64,000 nt of DNA, from positions 12,445,553 to 12,509,552 of the forward strand of contig NC_057754.1 of assembly GCF_004010195.1 (NCBI RefSeq), read 5' to 3'. The position numbers were made by a program, and so were the translations under genes. Positions 13,051 to 26,495 of this stretch are shown here, piece after piece. Below the pieces are notes generated by a model. It was not told the DNA's origin and did no database searches. It saw only the letters and a list, made by a program, of their open reading frames with translations. The number at the start of each line of letters is the position of its first letter. Within the stretch, counting starts at the first letter, position 1. The DNA comes from Chiloscyllium plagiosum (lineage: Eukaryota).

Positions 13051-14099
13051 ATTAAAGGACAAAGCAACAACAGCTCCAGGTAGCACTTCAGTGCCACTTT
13101 CTAAAGATAATTTGGGATTGTCAATAAAAGCTGGCCCGGTCAGTAAGGCTCAAATCCACTGATTCAAAAGACATTGAAGTGTATTTTCCTGAAAACGTTG
13201 TAAGAAGCCCTCTGCTTTGCACAATATATGTGTTTTGATCCTACTTACATTAATTTCCACGCCACTTTCACATCATGCTAACAATTGCAGCATATTTACC
13301 CATGCACCACCCCAATAATGAATGTCCTTTTGCTAGGTCACAGGTGAGCGCTGTAGAGACGCAATATCACCTAGAGTTTGGGGATGTGCAGTGGTAGTCA
13401 TAACAATTGGTAGAGACGCTTGTTTCTCTCATCTGCTGGTGGTGAGACTGTGTGACTGGGGACTGAGCGCCGGCGCGAGCGGGAGTACAAAAAATATTTG
13501 TGAACACTTCCTAAGTTCTTCCAATTTCGATTAATAACTTGCAAGTTCCAATTTTACCCCGGATCACACATTGGGAAACAGCAGCTACGTTGGCTCGGCT
13601 GGCAGTGTGGTGTATGCATGATCAGCTTTCCTATGCACATTCGCTTGGACTTCCGGAACTCCGGTCTCACCAGATGTTTTGTCCCAGCAAATCAGTAGCT
13701 TCACCCATTCCGAGCCCATGGTGAGAGGCTGGCATATGGCAGAGTTATGCAAACAGGTGGTTCCTCCCACTCTTGAGCGGTCATTGTGCAATGTAGTCAA
13801 AAGACAGGAGTGGGCGGCTTAAGAAGATGGAAAGCATGCTGGGTAAGCCAGAGTATTTCTACTGGATTTGCTTGTGCTTATACAGTGATTACTAGAGCTA
13901 AGATGAGCAGGAGCTCTTTGAGAGTTGTGGGGTTGAGTTAGTCGCTATTGCTTAAAATACAAACGAGTTGCTGGAATATGTCATTTCGCCCATGGAACCT
14001 GGTTCGTGATTTGATCTGAGTATGGACTTTCCCAAGATATTCTCCATGCCTGGGGAGAGCTTTCAGTAGATAATACAGCTAAAAACAATTCTATTGGGG

Positions 14100-14760
14100 A
14101 TGTGACCACAACTGATCACCTAAGCTGAAGAGGCACAATAAAACTCACACCACGAGAAATGATGGAAATGTATTTTCGATGGGAAGGGATTCAATTATCT
14201 GTTTGTGTTGGGAATACATCAAAATATTCCCCTTGGAATGAAATCCTGCACTTGCACTACGTCTGGGATTGGATTTTGTCATTTATACAATTTGCTGAAA
14301 TACCAGTTTGTCCATCCTGATATGAAAGTGTTCGAATATTTAGACTGTGAGAAGAGTTTTAAAAACAACAATGACCTGCACAAAATAATCCTTTCATACT
14401 GGAGTGAGGTAATTTTCTTGCTGGCTTTTTGGAAAGCGATTTACTTATTCATCCAATTTCCTGAATGGATTCACACTGGGAAGGGATTATTTTTCTGTTG
14501 TGCGAGCACAAAGAGATTCTTCCGGTCAATCATACAGCAGAGAAGCCACTCACCCGCTCTGCGTGTGGGAAGGAATTCACTCCACCATTCACCCTGCAGA
14601 TGCACCAACGAGTTCACACCAGTGAGCGGTCATTCATCAATCTGTATGTGGAAAGGGATACATTCGGTCATCCCACCTTCTCGGATACCATTTGAATAAC
14701 GAATGACTGCAATGATTGGTTTCTGCTGTTATTGCTGCTGATTATCACTTCCAGGACCGA
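14100..14760 (+). pseudogene. C2H2 ZNF pseudogene
   Basis: [17 protein letters not shown]...[12 protein letters not shown]; HPDMKVFEYLDCEKSFK; frameshifted. Confidence 0.85.
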
Positions 14761-15649
14761 ATGTGTGGTTTAATCCTGAGGAAAGAAAGGAATAGTTCCC
14801 AGCCTCACTCTTCCTGGTTCCGAGGTCCTACAAACAGAAGAGAAGGATCCTTCTTGATGATGTTCAGATTCCCACAAGAAGAAACACCCTTGAGCCAACC
14901 CTGTACGAGGATCCCACAGTTTCAGGCAAATTACCGCTAAATCATCTAAACGTCAGTGTACACAAGCCATATCTGTTCACTTCTTCTTTGTAAAACTGCC
15001 ATCCCATTGTTGTCATTAGCCTTGTACATATAATCTGAACTAATTTCTTATCTGAACATTTTGGCACAATAATTTCAAATGCCTCTGTAACTTTCATGAG
15101 GTAACCTATGTCAGGTAACAACAACGGTGTGCATTTCTATAGAGGAGTGAAACTACCCATTATTCTTCACAGTTGACAAAGTTTGACCAAGTAAATTGAT
15201 TTTAAGAAGTACTTCAAAGGAACAAGAGTGAACTTGGTGCTTGGCAATTGAAAGCACAGCCACCAATGGTTTGGTGATACATGGGAGTGATATGGAAGGG
15301 GTCAGAAATGAAACAGTACAAGGTACTTGGCAGGTCGTGAAGGTGGATGAGATTACAGAGACTGACCGATATGGGGATAGAAGCTGGCTTTATGGAACTT
15401 CAAGCACGCCTCTGAAACGGATCCATTCAAGTCATGATCACAGCTGTGCAGGAGATGCCTGCTGCCTTAAATGGGGGGGATGGGGGCATATTAGATACTA
15501 CACAGATGAGAAATTCATATCTAATCTCAGTAAAGATGCTCTGAAACAGAGTGGGTGTATAGGTGGATGTGAATAGATGTGACTTTTGTTAATGATCACC
15601 AGCCCCAGTCTGCAAACCCCCAGACATTATCAAAGTGCTGTTTCTCTGG

Positions 15650-15960
15650 CACACTGTCATGCTGTCTCCCAGTTCATTGTCCGAGTTCATTCCTTGCCGC
15701 CACATTTCCCACCAGCTAAGTGTGCTTCCTGTATGGTCTTTCCAATTGCCAACAACAGAATGCTGTCATCAAGTCAAATGCCGAATGTGGTGTGTGAGTT
15801 TCAGTGCCAATGTGAGGCCGGGTATGTACTCCATTCGTCTCAGACACTGGAAGATTATAAAAAGGAGCATGTCCCTTCAGCAATTGATGGAAAGCAAGTT
15901 GCCAAACTCTCAACACATATCCGAACGTCAGGTGTTATTCCGCATTTGGACACTTTCTGC
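15650..15960 (+). mobile_element. Penelope-like GIY-YIG fragment
   Basis: NRMLSSSQMPNVVCEFQCQCEAGYVLHSSQTLEDYKKEHVP matches the PLE pattern NVVYxFxC-C-YVGxTxxxLxxRxxxH. Confidence 0.7.
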
Positions 15961-16189
15961 AAGATAGTGAAGTCTCTGAGGCTGGAGGAGATTACATAGA
16001 TAAGGACGGGTGTGAGGCTAGTGGCGAATTTTAGAGTTTGGTAGGATTAAGCTGTTGCATGGGATTGCGTAGATAAGGAGCTTTGTCAGGGTTGGAGGAG
16101 GATGCGGAGATGTGGAGATGGAGAATATTACAGAGCTAAGGGTAGTTGCAGGGGCTAGAGGAATTTGCAGAGATAGCGAGAGCTATAGC

Positions 16190-17790
16190 ATCATGGAACT
16201 GCATAACATGGAGGCAGACTCTGTGGTTCAACTCGATCATGCCAATAACATATTCTGAATAAAATCGTCCCATTTGCCAGCATTTGGCCCATATCCCTCC
16301 AAACCTTTCCTAAATATGTACGCAAGCAGATGCCTTTTAAGTGTTTTAATTGCTTCTGCTTTCATCACTTCCTCTGGCAGCTCATTCCAAATGCACACAA
16401 TCTGTGTGAAAACATTACCACTTAGGAGCCCTTCAAATCTTACGGCTCTCGCCTTAAACCTATGCCTTCCTATATTGAACTCGTCCACCCTGTGGAAAAG
16501 ACCTTGGCTATTCATGCTATCCTCATAATTTTATAAATTTCTGTTAGGTCACGCACAGTCTTCAATGTTTCAAGGAAAATATCCCTAGTCGATTAAGCCT
16601 TTTCTGATAGTACAAACTGTCCAACCCTAGAAACATCTTTGTAAGTCTTTGCTGAGTCCTTTTAAGTTTTGAAACATTATTCCTGTCGCAGGGAGACCAG
16701 AATTGCACACAATATTCCAAAAGTTGCCTTATAAATGTCCAGCAGAGCCACAACTTGACTTGCCAACTCCTGTAATCAAAGCACTGTTCTTTAAAGGCAT
16801 AGAGTTGCACAGCATAAAAACAAGGTATTCAGTCCACCTCGCCCACGCCGAACTAATATGCCAATTTCACCTCCTCCTATTTGCCAGCATTTGACCCATA
16901 TCTATCTAAATCCTTTGTATACATGAAATCATCCAGTTAACTTTTAAAAGTCGTAATTGCATCAGTCTAGACCATGTCCACTGGTAGTTCTTTCCAGCCA
17001 TACACCGTATTCGAAAAGAAAGGTTTGCCCTGATGTCCCTTGTAAATCATTTTCCTATTCGCTTCACTTTATGCCCTTTACTTTTCGACTCCTTGCTCTG
17101 GGAAAAGAAATTGTAACTATTCATGCTATCCATGCTAGTCCTAGGCACGGCAACAGATCCTTTATTCCAACCATTCCTGATGACCAGATATTCTAAACTG
17201 ATCTAGACCTATATGTCAGCATTTGGCTCGTTTTCCTCTGGACATGCCCTATTCAGGTACCCATTTTTAACTGTATTAACTGTACCTGACAACTTCTATA
17301 ACAGATCATTTCAGACATGTGCGACCCACCGTGTGAAAAGATTTCCCCGAAGCTCCCTTTAAACCTTTTCCTTCTCACCTTAAACCTATGCCCTCTAGTT
17401 TTACACAGTCGAAAAAAAATGTTTATTCACCCTATCCATGTCTTTCCTGATTTTATAAAAATCTATAACGTCACCCCTTAGCCTCTGACACTTCACAGAG
17501 AAAACATTCTCCAGGCTATTCAGCCTCTCCCTGTAGTTCAAATGCTCGAATCACAGATACAACCTTGTGAATCGTTTCTGAACCATTTCGTCTTTCCTAT
17601 AGCAGGGACACCAGAAATGAGCACTGTTTTCCAAAAGTTGCCTAACCAATGTCCTAACCAGCTGCAACATGACCTACCATTTCCTATATTCAATACACTG
17701 AACAAGAAAAGCAACTGTGCTAAAGTCATCTTCACCACCTTGTCTCTCTGCAACTCCAAATTCAAAGAACTGTGCATGGCTTCTTAGCAC
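16190..17790 (-). mobile_element. Cluster of about three CR1 3' fragments
   Basis: Minus ORFs with LLEYCVQFWSP and IWNELPEEV; repeated reverse-complement tails. Confidence 0.8.
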
Positions 17791-18269
17791 TTCACCGGGA
17801 TTGAATAGAATGGGGAGAAAGGAGGAATAGGATTGAGTTGTAGATCTATAAAATCACTCTCTTTCATGCTCACTCTATCTCTTTCTATAGTTTTGTGCAA
17901 GCATTGATTGGTTCTTTCCCTGAAGGATAATTATGAATACATTCAGTTTTAAAATAACTCGACAGTTTCTGCAAGTGTCGTCTCCACAACTGACCTGATT
18001 AATTGCTATAGTTTCAGAATATGTTTTGTCCTTCTGGTTTCTTCCACCGCAATTGTTTTCTGTTTGAAAGATTGATTTGCATTTACAGACTTCAAATGAA
18101 ACCAATTCCAGGTCCAATACTCACTAAATGTATCAAAAGCTAATTATCTCAAAATTATAAACATTCAAGGAAAAAGCACCGTTCAACCAGGGAGACATCT
18201 GTATTCTCTGAGTGTGGAGTAGTCTGTCAACATTCACCTGAAATGTAAAAATACCAGCGCAGACGCAAT

Positions 18270-19190
18270 AGAGAATGACTGTGGAAATGCGAGAATTGTG
18301 AGAAGGGATGTTTCCCCATCCCAGCTGGAACATCACCAATGTAGTCATACTGGGGAGAAGCCATTCACCTGCTCTGATGGTGGATGGGTTCACTTGGTCA
18401 TGCAATCTACAGATACACTAGTGAGTTCATACTAGAGAGATACTATTCGGCTGCTCCAATTGCAGGAAATCATTCACTCAGTCATCCAACCTCCTGATAC
18501 ACCAGTGAATTCACCTTTGTTGTGAATGGGGGGAGGATGCATTCAATTTTCTGCTGCATTGATGCGCCAGCGAGTTCACATTCAAGAAAAACCATTCACC
18601 TGCCCGAATTGTGGAAAAGCATCACTCAGTCATCCGGCCTGCTGAAAAATCAAGGAATTGACACCGACCATTCACCTGTTCTGAATGTAGAGAATGATTC
18701 ATTCCCTCATCTAAATTACGGGAACATTAAAGAATTCAACTAACGAGAAACCATTCAACTCCTCCGATTGTGGGAAGGGTTTTATTCAATTATCCAGCCC
18801 ACTGATACACCAGCGAATTCACAGGCGATAGAGACCATTCGCCTGTTATAAATTTGGAAAAGGATTCGCTGCCTTATCTAAATTATTGGAGCATCTTTGG
18901 GGAGAAACTATTCCTCTGCTCCACTTGTGCGAAGCGATCCAATCAGTAATCGAGCCTGTGAGACACTAGCGAATTCACAGAGAGAGAAAGATCATTCACC
19001 TGTTTTGAACGTGGGAAAAACTTCACTCACTTATCTAAATTACTATAAAACCAAAGAGCTCACACTGGAGAGAAACCCTTCACCAACGTTGATTGTGGGA
19101 AGTGATTTAAGCAATCATTCAACCTGCTAATACATCAGCGAATTCACATTGGTGAGGAACATTTACACAGTCAACTCACCTGCTGACCTG
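18270..19190 (+). pseudogene. Multi-finger C2H2 ZNF pseudogene (roughly 10 fingers)
   Basis: WKCENCEKG..HQCSHTGEKPFTCS; CSNCRKSFTQSSNLLIHQ*IH; repeated ccattcacctg linkers; many stops and frameshifts. Confidence 0.9.
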
Positions 19191-19509
19191 CTGTGTGACC
19201 CTGGCAAAGTCCATGCCTTTTTGCTTCTGGAGATGAGTGGTTGATTGGCCAGGCAGGATATGGATGATTGATTTTCTTCGACGGAGGACAATTATGAGTC
19301 AGATGAGTTTTTACTTTTAAATATAAAACAAACACGACAAAATGTCAAAAGAATCCGAAAATGTTTTCTCAGTATTGTGTAGTTTTGTCAGTACAGGTAG
19401 AATGAGTTACTGCTTCAGGATCAACGTCGCTTTTCTTTAGAACTACTCCAGTAATACTCGCATCAGAACGACAGTCCTCAAAAAGAGTCATACTAGACGC
19501 TGAGACATT

Positions 19510-22420
19510 AGTTGTATCAATGCTCTACGAAGGGTAGCGTGGGGAGGGGGAATATGAGAAGAGAGGGAATGGTATTTTTGATCAGGGGCAACATCACGAC
19601 TTCAGTGAGGGAGAATATTCCTGGATATTCGTCCATGGAAGATTTTTTGGGTGGAACTGAGAAATAAGAAAGGGATGATCACCTTATTGGGATTGTACCA
19701 TTAACCAACCCCAACAGTCCGCGGGAAATTGAGGAACAAATTTGTAAGGATATCTCAGTTATGTGTATGAATAATAGGGTGGCTTTGGCAGAGGAGTTTC
19801 ATTTTTAAACATCGTTGGGGCTGTCATACTGTTAAGGGTTGGGTGAAGAAGATTTGTTAAATTTATGAAACAAAATTTTCTGATTCCGTATATGAATGTA
19901 TCTATTAGAGAAGGAGCAAAACTTGATCTTCTCTGGGGAAATAAGTCAGAGCTGGTAATTGAGATGTCAGTGGGGGAGCACTTTGGGTCCATTCATTATA
20001 ATTCTAACATTTTCAAAATAGTGATGGAAAGGATAGACCTGATCAAGAAGTTAATGTCCTAAATTATAGGAAGGGCAATTTTGATGGTATGATGCAAGAG
20101 CTTTCATAAGTTGATTGTGGATTGATATGCACAGGTAAAGTGACGGCTGGAAAATGAAAAGCCTTCAAAAATAAGATAACACGAGTTCATAAAAGGTATA
20201 TTCCTGTTTGGGTGAAGGGTAAGGCTAGAAGATGTAGGAAAATCTGGATGAAATTACAGATTTGATTATGAAAAAGAAGGAAGCAGGTACAGAAGCAGGG
20301 ATCAAGTGAATCCCTGGAGTAATAAAAAGGCAGTGAAATAATAGTGCAGAATAGAAACTAGCCATCCTGTTCAACAAGTCCATACTGACATCCAGAGAGC
20401 AGCCCGCCAAGATTCTCCACCCCAGCCTATCATTGGATTTTGTCTGGTCAATCCGCCCAACCTGCACATGACTGGCTACTATGAGTACTTAAGTATGGCC
20501 AATCCATTTAAGCTGCACACCATTCAACTTTGGGAGAAAACTAGAGCAAACAGAGGAAACCAATTGCAGACTTGGGGAGAATGCGCAAATCCCACACAGT
20601 CAGTCATCCGAAGCTGGAATTGCTACTGGATCCATAGCACCACGAAACAATAGTATGTGTAACTATTTAAGCAGGAAACTAGCAGTTTAAAAAGGGAACA
20701 TGAGAGAGTTTGGGCAAAAAAGTGTTACAGGGAATTCAAAGGCATTCCATAACTACATTAGGGACAAAAGACTAATCATGGAGAAGATATCCCTTTAATT
20801 ATCACCAAGGCTGCCTATGTGTGGAACTGCAAGAAACAGGGGAGATACTAAACAGGTTTTTGTCACCAGTATCAACGATATAGAAGCTAGTGAACTTTGG
20901 GCGATAAATAGCCACATTGAAAACACGTGACTTTATTCTAGAGCAGTAGATGTTAAGCGCCTTAAAACTAGTTAAGGCATTGGGCACCTTAAAATGTGTA
21001 AAGGTGCATACATCCCCAGGACCTGAAAAAGCGCAACCTGGAACTTTGTGAGAAACTAGGAAAATGTTTGCTGGGCCCCATGCTGACATAGTTGCATCAT
21101 CGATAACCATAGGTGTGCTGCCACTCTGTAAGAAAAGCCTGGGAACTATGGACTGATGAGCCTCACATCAGTGCTGGGTATGTTGATGGGGGGAATCCTC
21201 AAGGACAGGAATTACATGTATGTGGAAAACAAAGGACTGAATAGGGATAGTCAAAAGGGCTTTATACGTTGATATTTCACAAGCTTGGTGTGGATGTTTG
21301 AAGATGTTATGAAGAGGACTGATGGAGGCCAAGTGTGGACATGATGTATGTAAGGCATTCGACAAGGTTACTCGTGGTAGACTGGTTTGTACAGTTAAAT
21401 CAGGTGGAATGCAGGGAAAATTAACCATTTCGTTAAGAACAGGTTCAAAGGTAGGAGACAGAGGGTAATGGTGAAGGGCTGCTTTTCAGACTGGATGCCT
21501 GGGATGAGCGGTGTGTCACACAGATTGATGATGGATCCAATACTTTTCATTGTGCATGTAAATGAATTTGATGTGAACAAAGGAGTGTGATTAGAAAGTT
21601 TGCAAACGAACCCAAATTGGAGGTGTAGTAGACAACGAAGAATTAAAAGATTTGGTAAGAAGGGTCAAAAGGCTGTGGAATGGCTATTGGAGTTTAATTT
21701 AGACAAACGTGAGGTGCTGCTTTTTGGAAAGACAAATCAGGGCAGGAATTATTTATTTTATGGTGAAGTCCTGGGGAGTGTTGCCGAATATAGATAATGG
21801 AGTGCATGTTCACAGCTTCTTGTAAGCGGAGACCCAGATAGGCAGGGTAGTGAAGAAGGAGTTTATTATGATTGCTTTTATATATCAGTGCATTGCGTGT
21901 AATAGTTGGGAGGGCATGTTGCGGCTTTGAAGGACATTGGGTAAGGCAGTTTTGAGTACTGTTTTCAATTCAGCTCTCCATGCTATAAGAAGAATATTAT
22001 GAAACTTGAAAGAATTTTATCAACATATGTTCCACAAGGATGTTGCTATGGTCGGACGTTTTAGATTTGAGGGGAGTCTGAATAGACATTGGCTATATTC
22101 CCTGGAGCGTTTTCCATGGATTATAAGATTATGATGAGCATGGATAGGGTGAACAGCCAAGGTCTTCTCCTGGGCTGAAGGACGACTTAAAAGACCTAAG
22201 ATGCAACATTTTCCCGCAGAGAGTGGTGTCTGCAAAGAATGTGCTGCCAGAAGAAATGGAGGAAGCTGAATGCATACATGAATACGAAGGTTTCTGATGG
22301 ATATGGCCCACATGCTGGCAAATGAGACTAGATTATTTAAGAATTTCTGGTCGGCATGGACGAATCGAATCGCAAGGTCTGTTTCTGTGCTATCCGTGTC
22401 TATGACTCTGTGACTCTGCA
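19510..22420 (+). mobile_element. Decayed CR1 ORF2 (endonuclease to RT to 3' tail), interrupted by a SINE at about 20345-20655
   Basis: REGAKLDLLWGN..VGEHFGS.HY (APE C-terminus), WLLEFNLDK.EVL.FG, CR1 tail tctatgactctgtgactct. Confidence 0.85.
20345..20655 (-). mobile_element. Degenerate HE1/V-SINE
   Basis: Aligns to the reverse complement of 7755-8066. Confidence 0.65.
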
Positions 22421-22644
22421 GCCGCTGCCAGGGCTGTTGCACTTCTCCAGCGTTATTTCTTTTTTATTTCCGCACTTCCAGAATATCCAAACCTACTATA
22501 TTAATTTTCTTCTTAACACTTGTTTTCTGAATTTTTAAAAGTCATTTGCAGAATATGGGCGTGTTGGTTAGGCCAGTATTTATTGACCATTCCTAACCTC
22601 CTAGGAGACAGTTAAGAATCACCCACATTCATGTCGTTTTGGGG

Positions 22645-22735
22645 AAGAAAAAGCGTGGGACTGGAAAAAGCACAGCTGGTCAGGCAGGAGGAACAAGACA
22701 GTCAACGTTTTAGGCATAAACCTTCTTCAGGACAG
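22645..22735 (-). mobile_element. PLE-terminus repeat with a degenerate hammerhead
   Basis: Reverse complement of 22701-22733 reads gtc-CTGAAGA-aggtttatgcct-AAAA-cgtt-gac. Confidence 0.6.
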
Positions 22736-25700
22736 TCCTACCTTTCTTCTTGTGGGTTTCGAGTCACGTGTTTGGCAAACCAGGTAAAGAATGCAGTTTC
22801 CTTCTGTAAAGGACATTAATGAACCAGCATTTTGATGGTTGAAAATTGATTTTGTTAAAGTTGATCGTGCTGTGCGCACTTCCTGTGTAGTTGTAACCTA
22901 TGTGCCTCGCTCTGTCTCAGCACCCTAATCTTTGTATGCCATTGTTTGCTGTGATCTGCCTGTGCTGCTCGCAAAACAAAGATTTTCAGTTTCGTTAGTT
23001 ACTTGTTCCACAATAAAACAAATTAAATGCAGATTCAGAGTTATCATACGACTCCTAATTCTAGATGTTAATTGAATTCAATCTCCACCACGAATCATAG
23101 CAGATATATGTATCTTGTTCCTCAGAAGACTATGTACAGCTGCGGATGTACAATCCAGAAAAAATAACATCAGGATGTTGCTTCCTTAGTTGGCGATTAT
23201 TTCATTGTTGCCATCACTGTCACAATTTAATAACTAATTATAATTGTTTTACCTACTGTTGCCACACAACCTGAATGCAGGTACTTAGAGCATTCATCTG
23301 ATACTTTGGAATTCACGTCCAATGACATTACCATCGAGCCAGCGTGGCGGCAACAAAAGGTAAAGAGTTGAAATCTGGTCAACCGGAAGATATGTTATTG
23401 AACAGAAGAAAGTAAGTAGGGTACGGAGGAGAAGGAAAGTAAATTATTAAGTTGAAGATGGACAGAGGGGCTATGTTCCTGAAGGACAGGGAAAAAGAAT
23501 GGAACAGTTTGCAACTTGATTTTGGAAAGGAATAAAGTCTAAATAATGAAAAGAACAAAGAATTGAGAATGACATCGTTGAACTGTAAAGGGGTAAAAAA
23601 AAAACAGGGAAAGAGGGGCACGTTTTTGAATTGAAGAGGGACAAAGAGATAAAGTATGGTAAGACAGTTGAGTGACGCAGGAAACGAGACATGTGTAGCG
23701 GTCCCAAAACCTTTTAGAATTTGAGAAACACGTCATTTACAAACCTGTTCAACAATATTTCCAGACAATCAATCTCATTTAATTCGCTGCTTGCTCTTAT
23801 GAAAGTTTTTTATCATTTTCACAAGGATGTTTTCAAATTAAATATATAGTTTGAAAATGTTACCCTTTTTTCCAATGTTAGTCATAATGTTGTCATTCAT
23901 GGCTTGCAGAGGAAATTTTAATGTTATTCGATTGAACATTGTCTGGATCTATGTAAAATAAAACAATGAAGCAACAAGTACAAAAGTAATTTGATTTAGT
24001 CATTGTCACATGAGCAATTCATTACTTTAGAAATATCTGTTTCCTGTTGATGGGGAAATGTCATGTTGCTATTTTGTCACTAAGCTTTCTGCAAAGATTT
24101 TATTTCTGTACTAATTTAAATAAATGCCGGATTTGTTTTGTTGTCAGTTTAAAACCATCTGCTTATCTGTTTAAACGAGAGAGCAGCCCCTGTGGTCTGC
24201 TAAGATTATCGCGACACACCTTTCCATGAACATTGAATGCATTGCAAAAAATGACATAGTCGATGTTACGGCAAAACAGAAAATTGGAGTACACAAGGAG
24301 GCTACTCGGCCGTCTGTACCCTTTATAACCGAAACATGAGCCATGCAGCCTCAGGCCACATTCCAGTATTTGGACTGGGGCTTGGCAAGTTGAATTATTT
24401 GAATTATGTATCCAACTAGCTACATTCTGTGTTCAGGATAATGTGTTCACTGAAGATCTGTTCTGGTCTATATGCGAGTCCAGAGCCAGAACATTATGGT
24501 TCACACTTGACAACTGTCCGAAATAGCTTGGAAATGTATTCAATTCAAAGGCACAACAAATTGTGAATTTAGCAGCACCGTGAAGTTATACCGTACTGTC
24601 AGCTACTAAAGGAAACATTTAATATTCAGATCTTGTGAAATCACTGCCTATGTTGAGATTCTTTAAAATTTTCTCTAAAGAACTTACTGCAGCTTTTTCA
24701 TTACTGTACCTTGTGCTACTGTTCATGATACATGCAAGAAATTTCTTCTAATTTCTTTCTCTGACACTCTTAATTCATTTTCTAGACTATTACAGCATTT
24801 TCTACATTCAACATATCACTGGTTATTTCTAATATTCCAGCTTTAAGCATCCATAATCCTCACTTAACATTGGCATATTGGCAGATATATGACCAATAGA
24901 GATTGGAGGGATGATAACCACGTATCGGCAAAAGGTTTTAAGATTGGAAAGGCATTGTATGTTGGTACAATCTTGTTAGGTCGAAGGCCTGTTCCTTGCT
25001 GTACTGTACTTTGCTCCCCCAGTTCTTTCCATTGCTACCCGACACTCTCATCACCAAAGCCCTGAGCATAATTAAGCGCGGAAATCGCCACCAACCTCTT
25101 TGCCACTTATTCTCCCACCTTGCAACTTCCCAATACAATCATAAAAATCAGATCGGCAGTTATAGCACATTCAAACCTCTCTATCAAGAGTCATATTCTA
25201 ATCTACGCAAGCACAACACATTAAGTTCAGCAAAGTCATTAATCAGTGTAATTATAAATGACCAAAACATTTTTTTTATAATGACAATTCACCAGAAATC
25301 TCACATTAATCAGTGTCAATCTGTTCTTACGCTAAGTCTTATAATCATCGACTCATAAACGTCTGCAGTATTGGAAAAGTACCTAGCTATTCTAATCCCA
25401 TGTTTTAACACTTGGTCCATTTGATTACATTTGCTGACATTGCAAATGTACATCTTAACACTTTGTGAATTTATGAGGGTTTCTGAATCTACCGACTCTG
25501 GAGGCAGTGAGTCCCTGACTCTCATCATATTCAGTATGTAAATGGATTAATCTAAAATTTCATCATAATACTTTAAATTTATGCCATACTGTTCATTTTA
25601 CCTTGGATCAAGGGGAAAGTTTCTTTGCGACTACATCATCTATGCCAACCTTTTTTAACTTCTCAGTTATATCCTCTCTTAATGTTAGTTTTTCTCAGAT

Positions 25701-25846
25701 AAATAACCAGTCTGTGTCCAATCTCTCTTCAAAACTCTCGATCTCAGGCAAAAGCCTGTTGTACACTCCCTAGTGCTATTACATTCCACCCACTAGGGGT
25801 ATGATTCTTGCATTGGGCTTAGTGCAGGATAGAAATACAAGAGGTC

Positions 25847-26204
25847 TGGGGGACGTGCGGCACAGTGGTTAGTACTGCAGCCTTACAGCACCAAGGACCT
25901 GGGTCAATTCCAGCCTTGCATGACTGTCTGTGTGGAGTTAGCACATTCTCCCAGTATCTGCTCCGGTTTCCTCCAGGTGCTCCCATTTCCTCACACATTC
26001 TAAATATGTGCAGGTTAGGTGAATTGACCATGCTAAGTTGCCCATAGTCCTCAGAGATGTGTACGCTAGGTGTATTAGTTAGTAGAAATGTAGAGTAATA
26101 GAGGAGGGGAATGGGTTTGGTAAGGAATATCTTCATCAGGTTGATGCGTATCTGTTGGACCAAATGGTCTGTTTCCACACTATTGGGATTTTATGATCCT
26201 ATGA
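25847..26204 (+). mobile_element. HE1/V-SINE
   Basis: ggcacagtggttagtactgc head, V-domain and CR1-like tail. Confidence 0.85.
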
Positions 26205-26495
26205 TGTGGAATTCTGAACTGCACACGATATTCTCGTTGAGGTCAAAACAACGTTTTATTCAGTTCCAGTTCTGAACATGTATGCCTTAGCTATTTATTA
26301 TAATTATTCCATACGTCTTCTTAACCACGTTATCCACATGTCTGTCAAATATCCCATAATGTGAAATTCTGAACTGCACACCATATTCACGCTGAGGCCG
26401 AAACAACGTTTTATTCAGTTCCAGTTCTTAACATGTACGCCTTAGCTATTTATTACAATAATTATATGTCTTCTTAACCACTTTATCCACATGCA
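26205..26495. repeat. Two-copy tandem duplication, period about 155 bp
   Basis: tgtg(g/a)aattctgaactgcacac...ttatccacatg starts at 26205 and again at 26360. Confidence 0.85.
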
